Shown in pieces: positions 53,708 to 64,000 of a stretch of DNA of 64,000 nt. The notes beneath the pieces are model-generated. The model searched no databases, was not told the DNA's origin, and saw only the letters and a program-made list of their open reading frames with translations. Positions within the stretch are counted from its first letter, which is position 1. The number at the start of each line of letters is the position of its first letter. Origin of the DNA: Octopus vulgaris (lineage: Eukaryota); the NCBI GenBank assembly GCA_951406725.2, contig OX597839.1, positions 18,228,001-18,292,000 of the forward strand, written 5' to 3'. Made by a program: the position numbers and the translations under genes.

Positions 53708-53934
53708 CAGGGTGTCAATATATTACCTTTACAATTTCAAAACTTCAGGAAAGAAAAAAATGAAAAATAAGGATAAAACTCAGCAAAGTTTATTGAAAAA
53801 TACTGGCAAACAAATAGTTTTGCTAGAAACATCAGAACATTCCTACGTGGGTTCCATTGGTTGCACAAGCAACACATCTAGATAATACAAATAATGCAAT
53901 GCGGAAGTTGTAAAGATAATTTATGAACACCTTG
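53708..53934. mobile_element. Tc1/mariner-type MITE
   Basis: CAGGGTGTCAATATATTACCTTTACAATTT ... AAGTTGTAAAGATAATTTATGAACACCTTG, imperfect ~30-bp TIRs. Confidence 0.75.
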
Positions 53935-53945
53935 TGTGCACGCAT

Positions 53946-53978
<33 letters not shown>

Positions 53979-54384
53979 ACAAAATGCATACTTATGGAGA
54001 TTTTTGAATTTTTTTCCTTTTACTTTTTTTCAATTTTAAAAATATTATATAAAACAAAAATTAAAGAAAAAAGAATAGAAACAAAGTGAAAAATATAAAA
54101 TGTTTCAGAAAATTATTTTTTCTTTTTCTTTTTAATTTTCTTATTCCATGTTTGTTTGTTGTTTTTTGTTTTTCTATACAATACATTATTAAACTAAAAA
54201 CAATAAAATAGTATATCTATGTATATGTGAGTGGTCTTGTGTTCAAGGGAACATATTTGCAGGAAGTCTGAATCCCCTGATTTTACTATTATTATTATTA
54301 TCGATATGATTATTATTATTATTATTATTATTATTGTCGTTGTTATTATTATTATTATTATCGTTGTTATTATTATTATCATCA

Positions 54385-54955
54385 TCATTGACCTGTTGGG
54401 GCAAGTGAAATCGGAATCGAAATTGAACCAATCCTATGACTGGCACCCGGCAGTTGCCAGGGCCGCTGGACTGACTCCTGTACAGGTGGCAAGTAAAGAA
54501 ACACCGTTTCGACCCTGTGCTTGAGGAGATCCATTGAGTCAAGTACACCAACATCAAAAATCAATGGAAACTGCAGTTGTGATCCCCGTGCCGGTGGCAC
54601 ATAAAAAGCAACATTCGAACGTGGCCGATGCCAGCGCCGCCTAGACTGGCTTCCGTGCCGGTGGCACGTAAAAAGCACCATCCAAACGTGGCCGATGCCA
54701 GTGCCGCCTTGACTGGCTTCCGTGCGAGTGGCACGTAAAAAGCACCAATCTGATCGTGGCCGATGCCAGCCTCGCCTGGCACGTAAAAAGCACCCACTAC
54801 ACTCACGGAGTGGTTGGCGTTAGGAAGGGCATCCAGCTGTAGAAACACTGCCAGATCAGACTAGAGCCTGGTGCAGCCTTCTGGCTTCCCAGATCCCCGA
54901 TCGAACCGTCCAACCCATGCTAGCATGGGGAACGGACGTTAAATGATGATGATGA
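54385..54955 (+). mobile_element. SINE/retroposon family D with internal ggcacgtaaaaagcac repeats and (GAT)n tail
   Basis: Tail gttggcgttaggaagggcatccagctgtagaaac...ccaacccatgctagcatg...gacgttaaatgatgat. Reverse copies at 18295-18480, 21366-21690, 23723-24210, 33100-33418, 41262-41447; forward copies at 34000-34310 and 63110-63375. Confidence 0.85.
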
Positions 54956-54983
54956 TAATTATTATTATTATCATCATTATCAA

Positions 54984-55194
54984 GGCGGCGGGCTGGCTGA
55001 ACCGTGAGCACACCGGGTGAAATGCTTGGCGGTATTTTGCCTGTTGCTACATCCTGAGTTCAAATTCTGATGAGGTCGACTTCACCTTTCATCCTGTTGG
55101 GGTCGATAACTTAAGAACCAGTTGAGTACTGGGGTCGATGTAATCAACCATCCCCCTCCCCAAAATTTCAGGCCTTGTGCCTATAGTAGAAAGG

Positions 55195-55229
<35 letters not shown>

Positions 55230-56281
55230 GGCGGCAAGCTGGCAGAATCATTAGCACACTGGACGAAATGCTTAGCAGTATTTTGCCTGTCGATACGTTC
55301 CGAGTTAAAATTCTAACGAGATCAACTTTGCCTTTCATCCTTTCAGGGTCGATAAATTAAATACCAGTAAAGCACTGAGGTTAATGTAATCTACTAGTCC
55401 CCTCCAACAAAATTTCAAGCCTTGCACCTTTAGTAGAAAGGACTATTATTAAGGCAGTAAGCTGGCAGAATTGTTACAACGCTGGACGAAATCCTTAGTG
55501 GTATTTCGCCTGTTGATACGTTCTGAGTTCAAATTCTACTGAGGTTGACAACCCGTGAAACACTGGGGTCAATGTAATCAACTACTCCCTTTCCCCAAAT
55601 TTCAGGCCTTGTGCCTTTAGCAGAAAGGATTATTATTATTATTATTATTATTATTATCATTATCATCATTATCAAGGCAGCAAGATGGCAGAATCCTTAC
55701 TGCACCAGACAAAATGCTTAGCAGCATTTCATCCATCTTTACATTCTGAGATCAAATTCCATCAGGGTAAAACCTTTACCTTTCACCCTGTCAGGGTCAG
55801 CAAGCAGGTAGAATTCTTAGCACACTGGACACAGTGCTAAGTGCACATCATCCATCTTTAGATTCTGACTTTGCCTTTCATCCTTTCAGGGTCGATAAAA
55901 TAAGTACCAGTTGTGTACTGGGGCCAATGTAATCGATTAGTCCTCTGCCCCCAAATGTCAGGCCTTGTGCCTTTAGTAGAAAGGATTATTATTATTATTA
56001 TTATCATTATTAGCATGCTGGGCAAAATACTTAACAGTATTTCGCCTGTCATTATATTCTGAGTTCAAATTCCGCTAAGGCCGACTTTGCCTTTCATCCT
56101 TTCAGGGTCCATGAAACAAGTACCAGTTATGCACTGGGGTCAATGTAATCGATTTGCCTTCCTTCTCCAAAATTTCAGCTCTTGTGCCTATAGTAGAGAG
56201 GATTATTATTGTCGCTGCCACTGCTGCTGCTGCTACTACTACTACTACTACTACTACCACTACTACTACTACTACTACTAT

Positions 56282-56316
<35 letters not shown>

Positions 56317-56317
56317 T

Positions 56318-56399
<82 letters not shown>

Positions 56400-56550
56400 G
56401 CTGCTGCTGCTACTGCTACTACTACTACTTCAGTGGTGAATTCACAGAATCATTAGTGTCAGACAAAATACCTTGTGGCATTTAGTTACAGAACTGTACA
56501 TACTGAGTTCAAATCCTGCCATAGTCAGTTTTGCATTTCCTCTTTCCAGC
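54984..56550 (+). mobile_element. Head-to-tail cluster of ~7 family-A SINE copies separated by (ATT)n/(ACT)n
   Basis: Repeated aaggc.gc.agctggcaga...gagttcaaattc...ggccttgtgcct.tagtagaaagga(tta)n units. Confidence 0.85.
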
Positions 56551-56695
56551 ACTTAATTTTATCATCATCTTTCAGAAGTTGATAAACCAATAGAACAAAA
56601 TCTGGGATTTGTACAGGATGCAAGAGGTGTTTGAGAATATACTTAGTAACTTAATAAAAATGACTCTAATGTAGCAAAGACCAAACGCATCTTAA

Positions 56696-57160
56696 CCCCT
56701 TACCCAGCAAAGACAAGTTAACTCATCTTCATCCAATTTGTCTTTTTCAGAGTGCGACAAGTAAACTCATCCAAAACATATAATTTCAAAAACAGCCACA
56801 GACGAGTTTATATGTCAATTTTCAGCATTTCTTGGTTTTTTGGGTATTTAAATTTTTTTTTTTTTTTTACAAATTACACCCAGATGTCAAGTTCAGAAAA
56901 AAATATATAAAGAAAAGATTTTTGAGAGGACATGCTAAAAAGAGTAAAATCAATGTGTAATTCCCCTTTACTTTTGATGATAAACTTGGGGGAAAAAAGT
57001 AATAAATATAAAAAATATGGGAAGATGAGTTATCTTGTTTTTGCCAAAAATGGTATCTTCAAAATAAAATTTGTAGTAAAATATTGTAAATAGATAAAAA
57101 CAATAAAAAATTCGTCTGAAAATGAAATGTTTTCAACCAAAAAATTCGCCGGGAAAGTGG
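56696..57160. mobile_element. piggyBac-type MITE (TTAA TSD)
   Basis: TTAA|CCCCTTACCCAGCAAA ... TTCGCCGGGAAAGTGG|TTAA, imperfect TIRs. Confidence 0.7.
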
Positions 57161-57299
57161 TTAATAGAGATTGTGCACATGTTGTCAATAAGCCCAAGAA
57201 CTCACTTTCATTTTTGAAATGAAATGAATCCACTTTTATTTTTGATAACTGCTTCAATCCTGGACTGGAATTATTGACATACCTGCTTGTCAAAATGGT

Positions 57300-58085
57300 C
57301 CATATTTAATTCAAATATCATATGGACAAAGGCAGCTTCAAGTGAAGCTATGAGGACACCAATTAGTCTTCCTTTCAGCAACACTCCAAATGTAGACTTC
57401 TTTTTGCAAACAACTTGCAGATGCAAGTGCTACCAGTTGAAAGCTCTGCATACCAGATGCTAGCAAGTGCATGGGGTCATCAGGAGAGAATGCATGCCAT
57501 TTCAGAGATTTAAATCTGGCAAATTTGGTGTTACCTGATTTTAGAAAAGGTCTGATGTCCATTTTGGCATTACATAGGCTTTGTGAGAAGGTGCTGATTC
57601 TTGTTAAACACATATGGTCTTCTACTGCATACTTCATTCATCCAGGCATTAACAACTGTCTCCAGCAGACCTGTAGAAAGATGTGAGATGGCACGACATG
57701 ACCTTCATTTCTCACCACTCTTAAAATCATCACAGTTACTGGAAACTTAGTGTGCATCACTCTGGGGACATCAGATGGATCTGCACATATCCATCTGTCA
57801 TTTCTCCCGTTAGACTTTTGGTCTTGGTCAAATATTTTCTCACAAGTGAAGAACAAAAGCATACCATGTTCATGAAGATTTATGGCTTTATTAAGTAACT
57901 GCTTAGCATGGACCAAACAGTTTTCCTCTGTCGCTTTGCAAACATGAATTGGTTTCCCCTCAGCATATAGGGCTTCTATTAAAAGTCCTTGTGCACCCGT
58001 TCCGACAGTCCATTCTGACACCTGAAGTTCTTTGGTGATAGCCCTCATGGATTTTCCAAGCTCATCATCGATAATGTTTTAAACA
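57300..58085 (-). mobile_element. Decayed Tc1/mariner (maT-like) transposase fragment
   Basis: MRAITKELQVSEWTV (HTH), FFTCEKIFDQDQKSNGRNDRW...TKFPVTVMILRVVRNEGHVVP, and YIWSVAERKTN near 57370-57400. Confidence 0.8.
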
Positions 58086-58506
58086 CCAAGGCAGATTCTT
58101 TTATAGCCAAATATCCTTCCTGTCACCAATCCTCACCAATTTCCAATCAAGGTGATATTCCCCCAATGGCCAGGCATATTTTTCACAGGAAACAAGAAAC
58201 AAACAACACCACATATATGACAGTGATGCTCATTTACAACCACCACATGATGTCTAGACATGGGTACACACACATTCAATAGGCTTCTTTCCATCTCTAA
58301 AATCCACCCGAAAGGCATTGGTCGGACCTCATTTTCAATTTTTAGTCACGCACCAGTCTTCATTATCATCATTTTTACATCTGTTTTTTTTTTTATTGCG
58401 GACATGGGTTAAACAGGAATTTTTGAGAAAATACTTCATACTCAGATTGTTCTACTTAACACTGATTCACTGAGTTACCTATTATGAGTCGTGGAGATAT
58501 AGTGTA

Positions 58507-59086
58507 CAGTAATCCCTCAACTATTGCGGGTGTTGATTTCAAAAACTCCGCCACGATTTGTGAAAATCTGCAAAGTAGAAACAGTACTGTACTGTATTCT
58601 TTTGTTCTTTTACTAGTTTCAGTCATTTGACTGGCCATGCTGAAGCATTGCCTTTAGTCAAACAAATTGACCCCAGGACTTATTCTTTGGAAGCCTAGTA
58701 CTTATTCAATCAGCGTCTTTTGCTGAACCGCTAAGTTACGATATAAACACACCAGCATCGATTGTGGGGAAAACACAGACACACAAATATATATATATAT
58801 ACGATGAGCTTCTTCCAGTTTCCGTCTACCAAATCCACTCAAGGTTTTGGTCGACCCGAAACTATTGTAGGAGACATTGCCCAAGGTGCCACGCAGTGAG
58901 GTGGAACCAGGAACCATGTAGATGGAAAGCAAGCTTCTGACCACACAGCCACTCCTGCGCCTATCTGTATATTTTTTTATTATTTTATAATTTGTATATA
59001 TTTATTTTATTACAAATGCAAAACAACACCACAGAGGAATCGACGTAAGCTTAAATAATAAACCGCGATATGGCGAGCTGTTACTG
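58507..59086. mobile_element. pogo/Tigger-like MITE with a nested SINE
   Basis: TA|CAGTAATCCCTCAACTATTGCGG ... CCGCGATATGGCGAGCTGTTACTG|TA; a SINE occupies ~58600-58962. Confidence 0.65.
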
Positions 59087-59699
59087 TACTTATTCTATAA
59101 AAAAAAAAACGGATACATGTGTGGCCGGAATATTCAGCAATCGTCCGATATCACGATTCGCTAGAATATTGTCCACATGGTCGACAAAATCCGGCCGATC
59201 ACGACTTGGCGTCAAATAGGCTCCAGCGACGATCTTTTTTTTGAGCACGCTTCCTTCTGAGCCTATCGACCAGTTTTCAATTTCGGTTTGTCGGGATCAC
59301 TAGACGGAGAGCTTTGGGGTGCAACAGAGAGAGCATTGACAGACACTAGGAGTTGACCAACAGCGTACAACACAAGGCCATGAGCAAGTTGTAGGATAAG
59401 CGACAGAAGTCAGCAGACGATAAGCAACTAACACTTTATCTGCTGCTACAACTACGCATTCATTTTTGTGTAGGAAAAGAATAAAATTTTGTTTAGCAAA
59501 ATCCCAGCAGACTCCAGTGTTCTCTTCTGTACACATGTCAAACCATCCAACTGAGAAAGTTGGTGGATGAACATACTGACAAACATCACAATTTTTTCGA
59601 AATTTCAAGTTTCATTTTAGAGCACCAATTGCTCTTTTCTTTTTTTCTATTCCCCCACCCACCAATATAATCGTAATCTACACCGTCTGAAAGACATTT

Positions 59700-60882
59700 G
59701 TAGAAAATTCCATTAAAAATTATCCATTTTTCCGAAAGTTATGAAGAAACAAAGTTGGTGGGGCACGATTATATATATATATACAGTGAAGGGGCCTACG
59801 TAAAGCCGTCTTGTCGGCTGGTGAAGAAAAATGCATATATTAATCAAATGTGGCGATTGTCTAAATACACTCACGTTTGGTTGCAATTCAGTAGAAAATT
59901 CCATTAAAAATTATCCATTTTTCCGAAAGTTATCAAGAAACAAACTTGGTGGGGCACGATTATATATATATATATACAGTGAAGGGGCCTACGTAAAGCC
60001 GTCTTGTCGGCTGGTGAAGAAAAATGCATATATTAATCAAATGTGGCGATTGTCTAAATACACTCACGTTTGGTTGCAATTCAGTAGAAAATTCCATTAA
60101 AAATTATCCATTTTTCCGAAAGTTATCAAGAAACAAACTTGGTGGGGCACGATTATATATATATATATACAGTGAAGGGGCCTACGTAAAGCCGTCTTGT
60201 CGGCTGGTGAAGAAAAATGCATATATTAATCAAATGTGGCGATTGTCTAAATACACTCACGTTTGGTTGCAATTCAGTAGAAAATTCCATTAAAAATTAT
60301 CCATTTTTCCGAAAGTTATGAAGAAACAAAGTTGGTGGGACACGATTATATATATATATATACAGTGAAGGGGCCTACGTAAAGCCGTCTTGTCGGCTGG
60401 TGAAGAAAAATGCATATATTAATCAAATGTGGCGATTGTCTAAATACACTCACGTTTGGTTGCAATTCAGTAGAAAATTCCATTAAAAATTATCCATTTT
60501 TCCGAAAGTTATCAAGAAACAAAGTCGGTGGGGCACGATTATATATATATATACAGTGAAGGGGCCTACGTAAAGCCGTCTTGTCGGCTGGTGAAGAAAA
60601 ATGCATATATTAATCAAATGTGGCGATTGTCTAAATACACTCACAGTTGGTTGCAATTCAGTAGAAAATTCCATTAAAAATTATCCATTTTTCCGAAAGT
60701 TATGAAGAAACAAAGCCCCATTTTCCCCACCGGGTGCGGATCTAGATATTAACCGAATTGTATATGTATACAATGAAGGGACCTGCATAAAGCCGTCTTG
60801 TCGGCTGGTGAAGAAAAATGTATATATTAATAAAATGTGGCGATTGTATATATACACTCACGTTTGGTTGCCATTCAGTAAC
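59700..60882. repeat. Tandem satellite, 191-193-bp unit; 5 full copies, one partial and one diverged copy
   Basis: Unit starts gtagaaaattccattaaaaa at 59700, 59891, 60084, 60277, 60470 and 60661; the length difference lies in an internal (TA)n. Confidence 0.97.
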
Positions 60883-61294
60883 TGTTATATACAATATATT
60901 TATACAAAAAATAATATAATTGACAGAAGCAATAAGATGAAGGAAAAATCAAAATCAAAATAGAAGAGAGCAGAGCAGAAATTATATCTGAAGCAAAGGG
61001 AGACTGATGTAGACCCCAGAAATATACGGTTTGCGTGAGAAAGTTGTATAAAGTTTTATATTTTAGTTAAGAAAAATTAATTTACCTTATTCAGGCCTTT
61101 GTGGAAACACGGGAAGGTTACATTCTTTATTGAGTTTTTCTCTTAATTTTGAATGATATATTAATGAACTGTGAGAGAGGGAAAGTAAAAATTTTAAACG
61201 TCTCAAGGCACATAACTCTCTGTCTTGGTATTAAGTTATTGGATAGAGGGAGACAATTCTTGTAATCCTATTAGTAACATCATCGCTAGCAGCA

Positions 61295-61876
61295 ATCAAT
61301 AATAATGAAATTATTGTATACAGTGCTCAGATGTACCATAACTTGTCAGAAAGTGCGTATAAAGAATATGCAGTAATATACAAATGTCTGGAAAGTGAAC
61401 AATGTATGAGTCAGATACATGCTTGTGTGCGTATGGAGGGGAGAAAATCAGGTGTAGTGTTGGCGAATCTCAGAAAGCATGGAAGTTTTGAAGGATGCAG
61501 TGCTCCAACAACTAACAACTGATGCCGGCAGTTTGTTCCATGCTTCAGCAACTCTCAGCATGAAAAAATGTTTCTGAAAGTCATGGGAGCTGTGCTGTTT
61601 TCTGACTTTGTAAACATGCCCACAGGTGTTAGACGGGTAGAGTTTGAAAAGGTGCTCAGAGTTATTGTTTGTAAGATGGCTAATAATTTTATGGGTGTCT
61701 GTCAAGTCAGCTGCCAGATGTCAGAGTTTCAATGTGTCCATGCCCAGAGAAGTAAGGCATTCAGAATATGGCAAATGCCTGATGGAGGGTATTCTTTTGG
61801 TTGCACGTCGCTGAACGGCTTCCAGACGATTAATATCCTGGGCAAGATAGGGGTTCCAGACCGGTGATGCAAATTC
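61295..61876 (-). mobile_element. CR1-clade LINE 3' end (5'-truncated)
   Basis: EFASPVWNPYLAQDINRLEAVQRRATKRIP..LPYSE.L..LG...TCGHVYK...FF..RV..AWNKLPASVV, the classic CR1 RT C-terminus, with an in-frame stop; 3' UTR ends in an (AAT)n-like tail. Confidence 0.9.
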
Positions 61877-64000
61877 CCGGTGAATCAAGTTCGTGAAAAA
61901 GAGAAAAGCCAGTAAGGGCGGCAAAAAGGACAAATTGTCTACTACACGGGACCCAATCATAGGATATGAAAGTGAATCTGCGGAAGTTATAGCGGCGTAA
62001 CTTCTGCATAAGTACCGGATACATTTCAAGATAGTGTTTTTTTTTTTTTATGGGTGGTTAGGGGTGGGAGAAAACGGTTTCTGTTATCTTCAGAAATGTA
62101 AACAAAGTCACGTGTGTACCTATACCGAAGGATCGCCGTTACAGCAATTTACCCGGGACGTCCATACAGCCCTGAGGCCAGATGTAGTTTGAAGAGATAA
62201 GGAAAATAATTTTGATTGAGCTCAGTGCTGCGGGAAGAAGGGTGTTATTAGGCCTACGAATGGAAGCGTGCCTACGAATGGAACCTTCTGCCCGACTGGA
62301 GAAGCCTACACTCTTTCACAAAAATAATCAAGAAGCAAAAACATTATAGATAAGGGGTAGAATAGATTTGTGTTCTAAAAACTTATTATAGAATATACCT
62401 AGCTTATTTATATTAATAGGTGAGGTAAGCTGTTATAAGAAAATCTCTTATAATTTTATAATTTCTAGATTAAAATTAATATTTACTTATCATGGGGATT
62501 GGCATAAATAACCAGTGTTTAATATCGAGTAAAGAAATGATCAAGCTATTGTGTTAAAGTTATATTATTAATAAGGCTTATATAAAATACTAAATTTAAA
62601 TGTTTCTTATTTTAGAAACTTACATCTTTGTTACCTCCCTTGCACTATATTTTAAAGATTTTGACCTGCGTGCCAATTAATACCTTATTTACTAGGAATA
62701 TCCTCATAAAAAGTTCTTCTAAATCCCCTTAATTAATATTCAAAACCTGATAAAGAATAGATAATAATATCTAAGTTACTTGGTCTCTATTTCTCTAAAA
62801 CACCCCCACCCTCATGATCTTTGTATGTATTAGAAAGCTTTATAAATAAAGAAGAAGATAACATTTTATAATTACCAATTAATAAATATAAATTAATATA
62901 TAAGGAATAATAATAACTTTTTCTTGAATCTATAATAGAACCCAAAATTTTACAAAAAATTCACAAAAAAGTCACTTCTATTGATTTTTTAATGGCTTTG
63001 CGGGGTGACTGGGGAAATGTAAAGATGTGCACGACCACCCTTGGACGGTTTTGAATGACCATAGAAAGTGCGAGCCCTCTAACTGAAAAATTGTGGATAT
63101 ATATATATATCTGACACCTGTGCCAGTGGCACGTAAAAAGTACTATCTGAACGTGATCGATGCCAGGGTTGCCTGACTGGCTCCTGTACTGGTGGTGCGT
63201 AAAAAGCACCCACTACTCACTACACTCTCAGAGTGGTTGGCATTAGGAACGGAATCCAGCTGTAGAAACATTGCCAGATCAGATTGGAGCTTGGTGCAAC
63301 CTTCTGGCTTTCCAGACCTCAGTTAAACCACCCAACTCATGCCAGCATTGAAAATGGACGTTATAAATGATGATGATATATATGTATTCTGGTTTTGTGT
63401 TTGTTTGGCCCCACCTCTGCTTGATAACTGATGTTGCTGCATTTACGTTCAAATAATTTGGTGGTTCAGTAAAAGGGCCCTATAAAAAACCAAATGAAGG
63501 GCAACTTTTCACTCCTGATTCCAAAAATGGTATTATATGCCTATGTAGAGCAAATATAGACTGAGATACAGGGGTCCCAGACAGACATATAGAATTTTAC
63601 TTTTATTAATATAGATTGTAGGTGCAATAGTAGCTTTGTAGGACTGAACCCGGAACCATGTGGTTCCGGGTTCAGTCCCACTGCATGGCACCTTGGGCAA
63701 GTGTCTTCTACTATAGCCTCGGGCCGACCAAAGCCTTGTGAGTGGATTTGGTAGACGGAAACTGAAAGAAGCTCGTTGTATATATGTATGTGTGTGTGTG
63801 TTTGTCCCCCCAACATCGCTTGACAACCAATGCTGGTGTGTTTGCGTCCCCATAACTTAGTGGTTCAGCAAAAGAGACCGATAGAATAAGTACTAGGCTT
63901 ACAAAGAATAAGTCCTGGGGTCGATTTGCTCGACTAAAGGCCGTGCTCCAGCATGGCCGCATTCAAATGACTAAAACAAGTAAAAAAGTTAGAGTTACTA

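Noticed and set aside
59713-60674. Repeated 63-aa and 89-aa ORFs, or a CRISPR-like array
   Set aside because: By-products of the 193-bp tandem repeat; there are no unique spacers or cas genes and the context is eukaryotic.

Overview
AT-rich eukaryotic DNA dense in microsatellites and SINEs; the repeat landscape points to an octopus/coleoid cephalopod (inference). The window holds six coding exons (18062-48233, + strand) of a PP2C/PPM-family phosphatase of the PPM1E/PPM1F (CaMKP/POPX) type. All use GT-AG splice sites with consistent phases and give 710 aa plus stop; I found no first coding exon, so it probably lies upstream. Introns and flanks contain about five recurring SINE-like families, decayed Tc1/mariner transposases, several MITEs (TTAA-, TA- and 8-bp-TSD types), RTE- and CR1-type LINE 3' fragments, minisatellites and a young ~193-bp satellite. 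The least explained signal is a set of minimal hammerhead-ribozyme-like motifs with palindromic stem III, one with an intact core at 39867-39957, all antisense to the host gene. Several long fold-back structures also sit next to exons. Most ORFs in the track are microsatellite or SINE artefacts.
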